Positions 36,421-47,011 of a stretch of 64,000 nucleotides of DNA are shown in pieces. Both the position numbers and the translations under genes were made by a program. How positions within the stretch are numbered: position 1 is the first letter of the stretch; each line of letters starts with the position of its first letter. The DNA is from a virus. The DNA lies in IMG/VR virus record IMGVR_UViG_3300010376_000036, positions 4,018 to 68,017 of that record; one strand, given 5' to 3'. The notes under the pieces were generated by a model, which was not told the DNA's origin, ran no database searches, and saw only the letters and a list, made by a program, of their open reading frames with translations.

Positions 36421-37641
36421 TCAGGGGTTAAGCAGAGTCAATTGGTTGCCGGTTTTGCCGGTCACTTGCATGATACCAGCCTGTCCGGGGCCGCCTCCGG
36501 CTTGGTCGATGTAAAGGAACTGGCCGACAATGGCCCAGGAAGCGTCATTGAGCACCACACTGACCGTCGAACCGTGGGCCGGAACCGTGAACGCGCCGCT
36601 GGTGACGTTAAAGGAATCTTTGCCATTGATGCCAGCTGGCCCAGTGGCACCCGTGGCACCGGTTGGCCCGGTTGCGCCGGTATTGCCAATTGGCCCTTGA
36701 GCCCCTGTAGCACCCGTTGGACCAGTGGCTCCTTGCGCGCCAGCAGCGCCTTGGGGTCCGACTGGGCCGACCCCACCCACCGAGCTCGCTGAAGCAATCA
36801 CGGCACCTTGGCTGGCGTTACCGGAATAACCCAGGTTTTGCAGAGTCGCGACAGCGCCTGCTATCGATTGGACCGAATAATAGCCGCCGGTTTGGATATA
36901 GAGAATGAGTCCGGTGGAAATACCTGCCCCGCTGCTTAGCGTCACTGAGACATTCGCGCCTGATGCCGGTTGCGTGAAAGGAGCTGCGGTGGTGGTAGCG
37001 ACACTTGTCCCGGCTGGTCCGGGTGGTCCCAACGGGCCTTGTACGCCCTGAATTCCCTGCGGACCCGCAGGGCCGGTAGGTCCCGGATTTCCAAGCGGGC
37101 CTCTGAAGGGACCCAGGTCGATCCAGGCACCGCCTGACCAGCCCCAGCCGTGCCCGGTATCCAAGGCTTGATAAAAATCCCCTACCGTGTTCCCGCTCGC
37201 CGGCAAATTAGTGGAACTGGCAACGGTACCTTTGCTATTTAGTGGCGGCCCCGGAATACCTTGGATGCCTTGGGAGCCTTGGGGACCGGTCGCCCCGGTT
37301 GCCCCAGCAGGTCCCGGTAACGAGGTCGTGGTCACCTTTCCCGGCGCGATATTCGTACCCGGTGGCTGGTTGTAGCCGCCACCGAAATTCATCACCGTCA
37401 TCCGGTTCAGGGTATCGGTCGAGACGACTTGGTAATAACCGCCGCCCTCGATCATCACGGTCATGCCGTTGACAAATCCCTGGTTGTTTGCGACGACCAG
37501 CGTGACGCTCGATTGGACTCCTGGCTGAATCCAGGGATCGACAACATTGGTGAACACGTACGCGAAGACGACGCCATCGTAGTTGGGTGGGTCCTGCGGA
37601 CGGACTCCCGGTACTCGCGGCGTGACAAGGTATTCGGTCAT
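36421..37641 (-). CDS. Collagen-like fibre protein
   Basis: Three Gly-X-Y segments separated by repeated beta domains. Confidence 0.8.
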   Translation of the reverse strand: MTEYLVTPRVPGVRPQDPPNYDGVVFAYVFTNVVDPWIQPGVQSSVTLVVANNQGFVNGMTVMIEGGGYYQVVSTDTLNRMTVMNFGGGYNQPPGTNIAPGKVTTTSLPGPAGATGATGPQGSQGIQGIPGPPLNSKGTVASSTNLPASGNTVGDFYQALDTGHGWGWSGGAWIDLGPFRGPLGNPGPTGPAGPQGIQGVQGPLGPPGPAGTSVATTTAAPFTQPASGANVSVTLSSGAGISTGLILYIQTGGYYSVQSIAGAVATLQNLGYSGNASQGAVIASASSVGGVGPVGPQGAAGAQGATGPTGATGAQGPIGNTGATGPTGATGATGPAGINGKDSFNVTSGAFTVPAHGSTVSVVLNDASWAIVGQFLYIDQAGGGPGQAGIMQVTGKTGNQLTLLNP

Positions 37642-37647
37642 GGTTCC

Positions 37648-39351
37648 CTAGGTCTTAATTACGTAATTGACCGTCAAAAAAGGCGGCAGCTCGTTGAACG
37701 CTGTCCCGCTCCCGACTGAGGTCGTGCTGTCGATGTTGGGGCCACCGGTCTGGGTGGCGTTGGGCCCATCCGTCCAGTTGTTGTTCGGGGCGCCAGTGGT
37801 CAGGTCACGGTCGCTCCAACCTGAATTGTTGATCGATGGGCCGCCCGTCTGCAGGCTGCGATCAGCTAATCCTGTGTTATTCGGGCTGGGGCCGCTGGTC
37901 TGAGGTGAGCCGCCCAAGGTCGCTTGATAAAAGGCAGGACCTGCTCCTAACCCGGCTACAGATGCGGGCGCGGTGTAGGAATACCCGTGGGTATGGTTTG
38001 CGAGGTCGTGCTGGTGATTTGCCCCGGCGTGGCTGTGGTTCTGCAGATCGTGCAGGTGATTGGCACCAGCGTGGGTGTGGTTCCCCATGGTGTGCTGATG
38101 CCACGCACCGGCATGCGAGTGACCACTGAGTCCGTGGGTGTGCGCAGCGATTTCCCCTAGCACCATGAGGTGGGTCTCTTCGCCACCCATACTGGCTAGT
38201 GCGTGATTGGTGGCACCGGCGGGTCCGGTTGCCGTCCCAGCGCCCAGCGGCATCCGCCCGCGCAGATCCGGGACCCGGAACAGGGAAGGATCGTCTCCGG
38301 ACTGGCCAAAGGCTGTGCCGAGGATACTGAACAAGGCGCTATAGACCGAGCGCGAATAAAGGGAGCCATCACACAGCAGGTAACCGCCGGGAGCAGTCAG
38401 GGCTGGCCACATGAACATCGCTCCCGTAGGCGCGACGCCGAGTAAGCCCTGCGGCCCTTGCACACCTTGCGGGCCCTGGATACCCTGCGGCCCGCGCGGA
38501 CCGGTCCCAGAGACCGTTGAACCAATCGGAATATTGGTGCCGGCGGCCGTGCCCAGTATCCCCATGTTCTGAAGCGTGAGCGTGTTGTTGGTCGTGTTGA
38601 CCACCTGCACGCTCATGTAATCGCCGCCCGCCACGAACACGATCTGGCCTACGCCGAAACTTGCTGCCGTTTGCACAAAACAGACGGCTTGTGCGCCGCT
38701 CGCCGGTACCGCGAAAGTCTGGGTGGTGACAGAATACGCGCTTGCGCCACTGGCACCCTGCGGCCCGGGAGGCCCAACCGGACCGGCGATACCCTGAGGT
38801 CCAGATGGCCCGCGTTGACTAGCTGGGCTGACCATGGTTCCGGCTTGTACCTGGGTCCCGGCCGGCTGGTTATTGGGATCACCGGAGTTGGATAAATTGA
38901 CAGTCTGAGAATCAGCCGGCGAGCCGATGACGGTGAAAGTGCCGGCTCCAGGAATATAGACCAGGGTCCCGGCGGTCATCCAGCTGGTGTCATTAACGTG
39001 GGTAATTACCACGACCCCGGTTGCCGGGATCGTAAACGCGTTAGCTAAATAGCTGAACGAGCTTTTCCCGGCCGGTCCTTGCGGGCCGCGCGAGCCGGGG
39101 GTCCCTGGCGGACCGATCATGCCTTGCGGGCCGGGTTCACCGACGCCGGGGACTCCTTGTGGGCCGGGAGCGCCGCGCAATGTATCGATAAAATCCCAGA
39201 CGGGCTGGGCACCGGGAGGGGCCGATGGCTGGGCAGCGTTGTAGAGCCCGCCGCTGTCAACGGTATAGGCCATGTCGCCAACGTGGACGGTTACGCCATC
39301 GATGGTTGGCAAGACCGAATAGCTCGCAAAGCCGCCTAAGAAGTTTGACAC
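37648..39351 (-). CDS. Collagen-like tail fibre with phage tail-collar domain
   Basis: PTGAMFMW...[21 protein letters not shown]...FRVPDLRGR; HxH repeats; [12 protein letters not shown]. Confidence 0.88.
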   Translation of the reverse strand: MSNFLGGFASYSVLPTIDGVTVHVGDMAYTVDSGGLYNAAQPSAPPGAQPVWDFIDTLRGAPGPQGVPGVGEPGPQGMIGPPGTPGSRGPQGPAGKSSFSYLANAFTIPATGVVVITHVNDTSWMTAGTLVYIPGAGTFTVIGSPADSQTVNLSNSGDPNNQPAGTQVQAGTMVSPASQRGPSGPQGIAGPVGPPGPQGASGASAYSVTTQTFAVPASGAQAVCFVQTAASFGVGQIVFVAGGDYMSVQVVNTTNNTLTLQNMGILGTAAGTNIPIGSTVSGTGPRGPQGIQGPQGVQGPQGLLGVAPTGAMFMWPALTAPGGYLLCDGSLYSRSVYSALFSILGTAFGQSGDDPSLFRVPDLRGRMPLGAGTATGPAGATNHALASMGGEETHLMVLGEIAAHTHGLSGHSHAGAWHQHTMGNHTHAGANHLHDLQNHSHAGANHQHDLANHTHGYSYTAPASVAGLGAGPAFYQATLGGSPQTSGPSPNNTGLADRSLQTGGPSINNSGWSDRDLTTGAPNNNWTDGPNATQTGGPNIDSTTSVGSGTAFNELPPFLTVNYVIKT

Positions 39352-39413
39352 TTGTTTTTAGGCGGGAGACGGAGTTGACGCCACGAACCAGCTAGCGCAA
39401 TCTGACCATATCT

Positions 39414-39734
39414 ATGGGGACCTTGCAAGAATTACTCATCAGTTTAGGTAACGATCAGAAACTTGGCGCGGGTTACCTGACTCCGGTCGGCACGCCAGCT
39501 CCAACAGCTTTACAAACCGTGCGCGCGTTACGACAGCAATTTGATCCGTTTACGCTGGTGCAAAACCCGTTGCCGGGACAGACCAATCAAGTAGGAGCAC
39601 CCAACGTGCTGTTGACCCCGGCGTACGTTTCCAACGCTGCGGGGCAACCCAGCGCGATCTTCTTAGACGGCGTGGATGGCAACCTCGACATGAGTCATGG
39701 CGTCAAGCAGCCGGCCTACGTTTTTGTTTCCTGA
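39414..39734 (+). CDS. Hypothetical protein
   Basis: 106 aa; TTGACG-N17-CAATCT upstream. Confidence 0.55.
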   Translation: MGTLQELLISLGNDQKLGAGYLTPVGTPAPTALQTVRALRQQFDPFTLVQNPLPGQTNQVGAPNVLLTPAYVSNAAGQPSAIFLDGVDGNLDMSHGVKQPAYVFVS

Positions 39735-39744
39735 AAAAGAGAAA

Positions 39745-39780
39745 GAGGACATCAGCTTTGACGCTTTAGCTGATGCCCTC
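39745..39780. terminator. Hairpin between convergent genes
   Basis: GAGGACATCAGCT-loop-AGCTGATGCCCTC. Confidence 0.6.
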
Positions 39781-39806
39781 TTATGCTTTGAGAAGAGAGA
39801 TAAAAC

Positions 39807-40439
39807 TTACGGCTGCGCCGGAGTCGGAGCACCGGGATGGCTCTCCGTTGGTACGATTGCCACTCCCCATCCTGTAGCTGCTGACCAATAGGTCTTTACC
39901 TGCCAGTTCTCCAGTACTTCCGGCTTATCTCCTGATCCGGGCGGCGGCAACACTATGGGATGAGCGGGCACGCCGGGTGAAGCCGGTGGGATGTAAACCG
40001 GATGTTCCGGTTTCAAGCCGGGAATGGTGTCAGGCGGTAGATAAATCGGTGGAGTGGGCATGGGCACGTTGCCTCCGCCCCAGATCCCTGGCGGGAAATA
40101 TGGACCACCCCAAATACCTAATGGAGGCTGGCCCCCTCCTCCACCTTGTGGCGGCAGATAGATCGGCGGGGTCGGCATCGGCACGTTGCCTCCGCCCCAG
40201 ATCCCTAACGGCGGTTTCGCAGGCGGGGTGGGCCAAATCTCAGGCGGATAGTAGATCGGTGGGGTGACGACTCCGGCTGGTGGCCAGATTCCTGGGGGTT
40301 GTTGTGGTGGCAGATAAATCGGTGGAGTGGGCACGGGCAGCGGTGCTCCGCCCCAGATCCCTGGCGGTTGGGGTTGGGGTGGTTTAACCTCTTCAGACCA
40401 AGTGATGGTCCCGATGATTGTACATGGCACTGATGGCAT
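39807..40439 (-). CDS. Pro-rich repeat protein
   Basis: Repeated PPGIWGG..VPMPTPPIYLPP units. Confidence 0.7.
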   Translation of the reverse strand: MPSVPCTIIGTITWSEEVKPPQPQPPGIWGGAPLPVPTPPIYLPPQQPPGIWPPAGVVTPPIYYPPEIWPTPPAKPPLGIWGGGNVPMPTPPIYLPPQGGGGGQPPLGIWGGPYFPPGIWGGGNVPMPTPPIYLPPDTIPGLKPEHPVYIPPASPGVPAHPIVLPPPGSGDKPEVLENWQVKTYWSAATGWGVAIVPTESHPGAPTPAQP

Positions 40440-40636
40440 GATGCGGTTCTTTCTTTCTTTTTGTGTTCCGGAACAACAGTTCTAGCGCTACAGCTAGAAC
40501 CACCACATGGTCAACGCCAGATTTGCGAAAATGATCCGATCACTACAGAAATTGAACGAGCTGGCGGCACTTTTTTGCGGGATCATCGCGATTGTGCTCG
40601 CAGCGCTAATGATTTGTGTCATGATGCGGTTTATCG

Positions 40637-40846
40637 ATGCCGCCTAAAGGCACAATCAAAGGCAAGCGCACGACGGCAGCCCAGCAACGCTTGATGGGTG
40701 TAGCCAGAGGTATCCAAAAGGGGGAAACTTCCAAGTCCTATTCTCCGGAAGCGGCCAAGATTGCTAAAGATATTTCACCAAAGGATCTCCACGGCATCGC
40801 GCAAAAACCTAAATCGGGTTACCGCAAACTCGGAAAGAAGAAGTAG
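40637..40846 (+). CDS. Small basic phage protein (DUF3008-like)
   Basis: AQQRLMGVARGIQKGE...AAKIAKDISPKDLHGIA. Confidence 0.6.
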   Translation: MPPKGTIKGKRTTAAQQRLMGVARGIQKGETSKSYSPEAAKIAKDISPKDLHGIAQKPKSGYRKLGKKK

Positions 40847-40848
40847 CC

Positions 40849-41037
40849 GTGGCCAGACGTCCGCCTCCTCCCGCTAAGAAGTCAGCATCTAAAACCGCCA
40901 AGAAAGCGCCGCCCCCAGTCGCCAAAGGAAAGAGTGCACCCCCGGCCTTCGGTAAAGGTAAGCCCAAGATCCCCGCGCTGGGTGGCTCCGGCCTGATGGG
41001 GCTCGGTGGTACTGGGGCTTCCGGTATGCGACCTTGA
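40849..41037 (+). CDS. Small Lys/Pro-rich protein
   Basis: 62 aa. Confidence 0.45.
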   Translation: MARRPPPPAKKSASKTAKKAPPPVAKGKSAPPAFGKGKPKIPALGGSGLMGLGGTGASGMRP

Positions 41038-41068
41038 CCGGATAACGCTGTTTGGTACCATGTGGTAT
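41034..41068 (+). promoter_or_regulatory. Promoter TTGACC-N16-TACCAT overlapped by a GTACC-ATGT-GGTAT operator-like site
   Basis: ATG lies 5 nt after the -10 box; upstream of the terminase operon. Confidence 0.5.
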
Positions 41069-41273
41069 GACAACACCACATCTACCAACGCTGCTTTCAG
41101 TGATCCACGACGAGGACCTGATTCGGTTACGGCACCGGCTAGGGAAACTCATCAGAAAAGCTGAGAAACGCAATAATCCCGGTGAGGTGCCAGCGGCGGA
41201 AGTGTGGATAAATATCCTGGATGCTGAGATCAAGCAGCGCGAAGCTGAGCATAAAGCTAAATGCAAGAGCTGA
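41067..41273 (+). CDS. Hypothetical protein
   Basis: MTTPHLPTLL... Confidence 0.55.
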   Translation: MTTPHLPTLLSVIHDEDLIRLRHRLGKLIRKAEKRNNPGEVPAAEVWINILDAEIKQREAEHKAKCKS

Positions 41274-41581
41274 AGCCTTTCGATCTGCTCAGTGAGGAAC
41301 AGCAACGCTGCTGTGTCGATATCGCTATCGGCATAGCGATTATCGCGGCCCGAGTCCCGACTTTCGGCAGGGATCTCTTCAGGGATATCGCTAAGCAATG
41401 GGCAGCATGCGCTGAGCTGGATCAGAACCGGTGCAGGTACGCGCTCAGCGGAGTCAGTGCTACCTTATACGACTCCAGCTGGGAATTTCACGTGCGTAAG
41501 GAAGGCGCATCCATGGTTTGCCAGTTCATCAAGATCGAGGAACCTGGAGGCGGCAATGGCGAAAGCCCTATCCTTGAATAA
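41261..41581 (+). CDS. Hypothetical protein
   Basis: 106 aa. Confidence 0.55.
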   Translation: MQELKPFDLLSEEQQRCCVDIAIGIAIIAARVPTFGRDLFRDIAKQWAACAELDQNRCRYALSGVSATLYDSSWEFHVRKEGASMVCQFIKIEEPGGGNGESPILE

Positions 41582-41759
41582 GCCTTGGCGGGTTGATGAT
41601 CTCGAGCATCGGAGTCCGCTTGGCGGTCATGTCTACTGGGTCCTGGATCGCAGCAATGTGCTGGTCGCCATATTCAGCGATCAGCATCAGGCTTATGTTG
41701 CGGTAGGCTTAGTCAATGGATCTGACCACGTTCAGGCAGAAATTAGGGGAGGGAACTGA
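41556..41759 (+). CDS. Hypothetical protein
   Basis: GGAGG SD before MAKALSLNKPW. Confidence 0.5.
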   Translation: MAKALSLNKPWRVDDLEHRSPLGGHVYWVLDRSNVLVAIFSDQHQAYVAVGLVNGSDHVQAEIRGGN

Positions 41760-43539
41760 CGAGGAGGTCGTCAGCGCGGTTTGGGAAATCGATCCCAGTG
41801 TCCAGGAACCCGATCAAGCGCGGGGCTGGATCTGGGCGTTAGTTAAACGCCTCTTAGACACCGAGAGGTACGGCGCTGCCGGCACGCTGCTCTGGGGTGA
41901 GCTGTTCAATTGCAAGCCAAGAGCTGTCAGCAAACTGCTGCAAAAGGTCAGGACCACGCAGAACCTGATTATCCTGGGCGGGGCTGCACTTGGGAAAACG
42001 TACAGCCTCATCGGCTATTTGTTACTCGATTGGCTCAGGGACCCGGAATACACGGAGGCCAAGGTCATCAGTACAACCGGCGGACACGCCAAATCGAATT
42101 CCTTTTCTACTCTGCAGCGGCTCTACAACGCGTCTGTAATTCCTCTACCGGGACTAACGATGGATGGATTCGTTGGGTTGGATCCCAAAGATCGTCATTC
42201 GGCGATCACGTTAATCGCGATCCCGCAAGGCGAGGATGGGAAAGCGGTATTGCAAGGTTACCATCCGATCCCGCGCAAGGTGCCGCACAAGATCTTCGGC
42301 ACCATGAGCAGAGTGCGCGCGCTCCTGGACGAGGCCGAGGAGATCCCGGCCGGGTGCTGGGAAGGGGTTGCCAACTTGCTCGCCTCCGGGTACGGGAACG
42401 AGGCGGTCAAAGTGTTTTGCGCGACCAACCCGCGCGACGTGAGCTCCAAGCTGGCGCAACTGGCTGAGCCTGTAAATGGCTGGACCCAGGTCAATCTGGA
42501 TACGGATAAAGAATGGCAGAGCGCCGAGCGCTGGAGCGTCCTGCGTTTGGATGGCGCAGACAGCGAGAATGTCCAGGAACGCAAGTTAGTGTTCCCAGGG
42601 TTCCTGACCTTTGACGGCTACGAGAAATATGCTCTGGAGCTTGGTGGCCAGGGCCAGCGCTATTTAACTTTTGGGCGCGGGATGTATCCCCTAAGCGCTC
42701 TCCAACAGACGCTGATTCCGTACAGTCTCTTGGAAGCAGTCATCGGGACTTTCATCTTCTCAGGGCGAACCATCGGCACCGGTGGGATTGATCTGGCTTT
42801 CGAGGGCGGCGACCGGGTGGTGCTGTTTGCGGGCAAATACGGCCACGCAATCGGCTTTCAGCCGTTGCGCGGCACACCGACTATCTGGCGTAAGCCCCGT
42901 TACGTCATCCAGGCGGACCAGTATTACGAACTTCCGAAAGAAAAGACGATTGCCCTTGCAGCAAGCCTTGAGCAGCGTTGCAAGGGTCTGAATATTCACC
43001 CGGATTGGGTTACCTGTGATCGGACAGGGGTCGGCACGGGCACCCATGATGCCCTCTGTGAGAACTGGAGTCCGATGGTCCGTGGGGTCATGTGGGGCAG
43101 CGAGGCCGGCGCACGGAAAATTCTGGCTGATGACCACGATTACGCCATCGAAATCTATGACGGTATCGATTGCGAGCTCTACGCACGTGCGCGCAAATTC
43201 TTCGAATTTGGTTTCGTAGCTATCGCCCCAGCGATCCAGACCAATGTCCTGTTCAAGGAACTCAGTGGCCGCCGTTATCAGCCCGCATCAAAGGGTCCCT
43301 CTGGTAAACCTCGGATTCGATTAGAGCCCAAAAAAGAATTCAAAAAGAGGTTGGGCTGGAGTCCCGATATCGCTGACGCTTTTGTGATGATGTTGCATGG
43401 GGCCGCTATCAATGGGCCGGAAAAGGCTTCCATGCTGGGGAGTAATCGGCAAGCGCAATTGCCAGGGGCGCTCCGTGGAAACCTTGGGGTGCGCGAACAA
43501 GCCGCATTGCAACCTCTGGATTTTTCGCAGGAGATCTAG
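41716..43539 (+). CDS. terL: Terminase large subunit
   Basis: GGAALGKT (Walker A), LLDEAEE (Walker B), ATNP, GIDLAFEGGD nuclease motif, DRTGVG, KKRLGWSPDIADA. Confidence 0.9.
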   Translation: MDLTTFRQKLGEGTDEEVVSAVWEIDPSVQEPDQARGWIWALVKRLLDTERYGAAGTLLWGELFNCKPRAVSKLLQKVRTTQNLIILGGAALGKTYSLIGYLLLDWLRDPEYTEAKVISTTGGHAKSNSFSTLQRLYNASVIPLPGLTMDGFVGLDPKDRHSAITLIAIPQGEDGKAVLQGYHPIPRKVPHKIFGTMSRVRALLDEAEEIPAGCWEGVANLLASGYGNEAVKVFCATNPRDVSSKLAQLAEPVNGWTQVNLDTDKEWQSAERWSVLRLDGADSENVQERKLVFPGFLTFDGYEKYALELGGQGQRYLTFGRGMYPLSALQQTLIPYSLLEAVIGTFIFSGRTIGTGGIDLAFEGGDRVVLFAGKYGHAIGFQPLRGTPTIWRKPRYVIQADQYYELPKEKTIALAASLEQRCKGLNIHPDWVTCDRTGVGTGTHDALCENWSPMVRGVMWGSEAGARKILADDHDYAIEIYDGIDCELYARARKFFEFGFVAIAPAIQTNVLFKELSGRRYQPASKGPSGKPRIRLEPKKEFKKRLGWSPDIADAFVMMLHGAAINGPEKASMLGSNRQAQLPGALRGNLGVREQAALQPLDFSQEI

Positions 43540-43551
43540 TATACCCTGTAG

Positions 43552-43890
43552 TTGCTGGTATCTGAAGACGGGCTCTCCCCACATGAATACCTCATGAAAT
43601 CTTTGACTCCTTTTTCGAAGGAAATGATTCATGACACCACCGTCAAAAATGACGATGACGGGTGTCGTGAAGGTTTTTTGGAGCACGTCAAAATCACCAA
43701 GTGCGGCGAACGCACGCCGGCTAAAGGGCTAGCGGCTTTTCAGGGCCAGGATCCGGATACCAGCCCGCGCGGTAACCCGGAGCACCCGGAATTCAAAAAA
43801 CGTTCCGATGACGGGCTCCCGCCTTTCCCGGAAGCGTTTTCGAAAAAGTCAATTCCTGGCGGCCCCAAGAAACCGCGTACTCCGGCTTAA
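43552..43890 (+). CDS. Hypothetical protein
   Basis: ORF between terL and the next gene; start uncertain. Confidence 0.5.
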   Translation: MLVSEDGLSPHEYLMKSLTPFSKEMIHDTTVKNDDDGCREGFLEHVKITKCGERTPAKGLAAFQGQDPDTSPRGNPEHPEFKKRSDDGLPPFPEAFSKKSIPGGPKKPRTPA

Positions 43891-43896
43891 GCTCCA

Positions 43897-44535
43897 GTGG
43901 CAGTCGAATTTGGCATTATCACCTCGATAATGCCTCCCTCTGGTTGGCATTATCCGCAGGTCCTCTCGAGCGGTCAGACGCATCGGATCGAAGGGTTTAC
44001 CTTCGAACAGCTGCTGGGCAACATGCTGGATTTCCGTACCCGGCACTTCGAGCTGTGCGGCGGGAACCAGAACGCCACGCTTGAAGCGATCCGGCGCGAC
44101 CTGAAAACTTATTTGTGCGCGCATTTCAAGCAAAACTGCGCGGACTCACCGGCTATGCCGACCCGTCAACAAGGGATCGGATTAGCAAGTAGTTACGTGC
44201 GACCGATTGACCGAGCGGCCAACTGGCTGGCGCGCCGTGCCCAGGCGCGAGTGGACCTAGTGGACATCGGGCTGGCTGCCAATCGCGCGCAGATTTGTGC
44301 GCAGTGTCCGCAGAACATCCGATGGGCAACCAGTTGCCTGCCTTGTAACGACAACGTCGCTGTCCGGGTTCAACACCTTAAAGGCAATCAGCGGACCCAA
44401 TTCGATTCACGGCTGTTTATGTGCCGTGTTTGGGGGCACATCAACGAGGTCGCCGTCTGGATGACCGATACTCAAACCACTCCGGAACATGATCCACCAG
44501 CCAACTGCTGGCATCTGACAGAACATGGCAACTGA
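43897..44535 (+). CDS. Cys-rich hypothetical protein
   Basis: RAQICAQCPQN...CLPC...CRVWG...CW. Confidence 0.65.
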   Translation: MAVEFGIITSIMPPSGWHYPQVLSSGQTHRIEGFTFEQLLGNMLDFRTRHFELCGGNQNATLEAIRRDLKTYLCAHFKQNCADSPAMPTRQQGIGLASSYVRPIDRAANWLARRAQARVDLVDIGLAANRAQICAQCPQNIRWATSCLPCNDNVAVRVQHLKGNQRTQFDSRLFMCRVWGHINEVAVWMTDTQTTPEHDPPANCWHLTEHGN

Positions 44536-47011
44536 TAGCATTACCTCCTCATTTGGCGGAGAACAGGTCGGCCGTTTTAACAAGCCGCAGTTCGGCGACA
44601 ACGGCGAATCGACCACCGTGGTCAACAAACCGATCTCAAGTGCCCGCCAAGCCTATGAAGTGTTCCTTCGTCTACAAAAAGATAATCAGGCGCGGGCCAA
44701 TCGGAATAAGCTTTTAGCCGACAGCTATAATGGTACGCCGCCCTTCGATGAGAAACGGCTTCAGGCCAATTTACAGGGCTGGCGCGCGAATTTCTCTACC
44801 CTGGTGCTAGCGACGTTCGTGGATCGGGTGGTGCCGAGATTAATCGATGCCGTCCACAACATGCGTTACCTGACCGCGAGCGCATTGGATGACTCCTTTG
44901 TGGATGCGACCAATAAGACCCAGAAGTTTCGCGAACGTACCACCGAGCAGATCCGCGCCTGGAACGGCTGGATCGATTTCGTGGAGCAGGTCGCAAGCGA
45001 GAATGTCTTATATGGCTACACTGCCGCAATTGAAATGGATGAGCATGAATGGCGGCCCAAAACGTTCCGACAAGAAGATTGTTTGTACGACGAGCAAGCT
45101 CCGCAACTCGCGGAAAAACTGCCGGTCTTCGTCGTCAAAAGCAACTACTACATCCACGAATGTTGCGACATCATTGTCGATGAAGCCACCGCCCTGGCTG
45201 CCGGGTACAATGTCGGCAATCTGAAGAGCGCTATCGAACGCGCGGCCCCGCCTTACGATTCAATGGTCTACAACCCTCGGCAATTGGCGGACATGGTGCG
45301 GGAGGGGAACCTTTACTATTCGTTTCATCGGTCCAGTAAAATGATCGAGACGGCGCACATCTTTGTCAAATGTTACGACGGGGGGATCGACCACTGGTGG
45401 ATCAACCGCAATGGCGCAAAGAAAAGTACCGATTCCAGCCGCGATAAGGCACAAGCCAAGAGCCCCTCGGCGAATATCACGATAGGGAAGGACGATCCGA
45501 CGCCGCAGGAGGATGATCCGTACGAGCTTGGTTACTTCGAGGGTGTCGCGGAAGCGATGGACGATGTGATCACGTTGTTCAGTTTTCAAGGGGGTAACGG
45601 CCGGTTGTTTGGGAGTAAAGGGATCGGGAGACTTCTGTATAACATCTCGCTGGCCATCGAGAAGGCCAGAATGAGTTTTATCGATGCGATGTACATCTCG
45701 GGCCTTTTGGTAGGCCAAGCCGAGGAATCAATCATTGGCCGGCTCCAGCCCCATGTGCGCTCGCCCTTCATGATCGTGCCGGAAGGGTTCCAGCTCTTGA
45801 TGCAGCAGTTCCGAGTCGATATCCAGAACTGGTTGGGACTGGATCAGAAACTTCTGTCCACAGCGGAAATCATTGCCGGTTCGTTCCTGCCTAAACTGCC
45901 GGCAATAAATAACAACGGTCAGCAGGTACCCACGGCTACCCAGACCTCAATCGATGTCGTAAAAGAAGAAGAGACTAAAGAGGGGATGATGGCGCGCTGG
46001 TGGATCCATATGACCAAAGGGGTCTCCTCCTGGCAGCGCCGGATCTATTCTAAGACTAATCTGCGCGCCGCGCTCAAACAGCGCAGGGCTAAGCAGAAGG
46101 CTGCCGACACAGGCAAGACGCTCATCAGCGGGGATCTTTATGACGTCATGGTGGCTGTCGATCCCGACACCAGTGTACAGTTTACGCGGGCTCCCGATCT
46201 GGGTGATGCAGATCAAGCCAGCGTCGAGACGATCCTCAAACTCATGGATGACGGGCTCTCGGTTCAAGAGATCATCTTGTTGGCCAACCAGCCCGCCACT
46301 GAATTCCAACAACACGCGGGTCGTGACGACGACATGATGTTTATTCAGTTCTACCAAATCGCCAAGGGCAACCCGAACTTCGACCAATCCAAACTGGATG
46401 AGATGGCCGGCAACAGAATGCTTGGGTTTAAGGTGACAAAGGAAATATTCGTACCGCAGCCTTCGCAAACATCCGATATCGAGGCTCAGCGCCAGCAGCA
46501 GATGGAATGGGCGACCATGCTTGGCTCTGGGATAGGCGTGCAGGTCTCAGCACGCGATCCGCATATGCAACATTACCAGACCCTGGTGCCTGCGGTGGCT
46601 GACCACATGAAGATCGCCATGCAGATGCCGCCGATCCAGATCCCCAAAGATCTGTTGGGTGCGCTCAAGATGGGGCTGACCCACGGGGAAGCGCATCTGC
46701 AAGCCATGATGCAACAGGGGGCTAACGAGCGGCAGCTCAAGCCGCAGATCCTGCAACAGAAAGATCTGGAAAAGATGTACGGGCACTTAATGCAAAATGT
46801 GCAGGCGGCCGAGATGCAAGCGATGCAAATGCAGGCCATGGCGCAGCAAAACGCGGGGTTAACCGGGATGGCTATGCCGCAACTCCCGCAGCCCGGTGGC
46901 ATGTCTGGGCCGATGGGGCTGCCGATGGGCCCGAATGCTGCAGGAATGGGCGGCCCACCACCCGGACAAGATTTTCTCGGCAATAACATGGCGGCAGCCA
47001 GAGGAGGCTAA
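44525..47011 (+). CDS. Portal protein (probable)
   Basis: 828 aa after terL, with the Q/M-rich C-terminal extension typical of podovirus-like portals. Assigned mainly by size and position. Confidence 0.7.
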   Translation: MATDSITSSFGGEQVGRFNKPQFGDNGESTTVVNKPISSARQAYEVFLRLQKDNQARANRNKLLADSYNGTPPFDEKRLQANLQGWRANFSTLVLATFVDRVVPRLIDAVHNMRYLTASALDDSFVDATNKTQKFRERTTEQIRAWNGWIDFVEQVASENVLYGYTAAIEMDEHEWRPKTFRQEDCLYDEQAPQLAEKLPVFVVKSNYYIHECCDIIVDEATALAAGYNVGNLKSAIERAAPPYDSMVYNPRQLADMVREGNLYYSFHRSSKMIETAHIFVKCYDGGIDHWWINRNGAKKSTDSSRDKAQAKSPSANITIGKDDPTPQEDDPYELGYFEGVAEAMDDVITLFSFQGGNGRLFGSKGIGRLLYNISLAIEKARMSFIDAMYISGLLVGQAEESIIGRLQPHVRSPFMIVPEGFQLLMQQFRVDIQNWLGLDQKLLSTAEIIAGSFLPKLPAINNNGQQVPTATQTSIDVVKEEETKEGMMARWWIHMTKGVSSWQRRIYSKTNLRAALKQRRAKQKAADTGKTLISGDLYDVMVAVDPDTSVQFTRAPDLGDADQASVETILKLMDDGLSVQEIILLANQPATEFQQHAGRDDDMMFIQFYQIAKGNPNFDQSKLDEMAGNRMLGFKVTKEIFVPQPSQTSDIEAQRQQQMEWATMLGSGIGVQVSARDPHMQHYQTLVPAVADHMKIAMQMPPIQIPKDLLGALKMGLTHGEAHLQAMMQQGANERQLKPQILQQKDLEKMYGHLMQNVQAAEMQAMQMQAMAQQNAGLTGMAMPQLPQPGGMSGPMGLPMGPNAAGMGGPPPGQDFLGNNMAAARGG

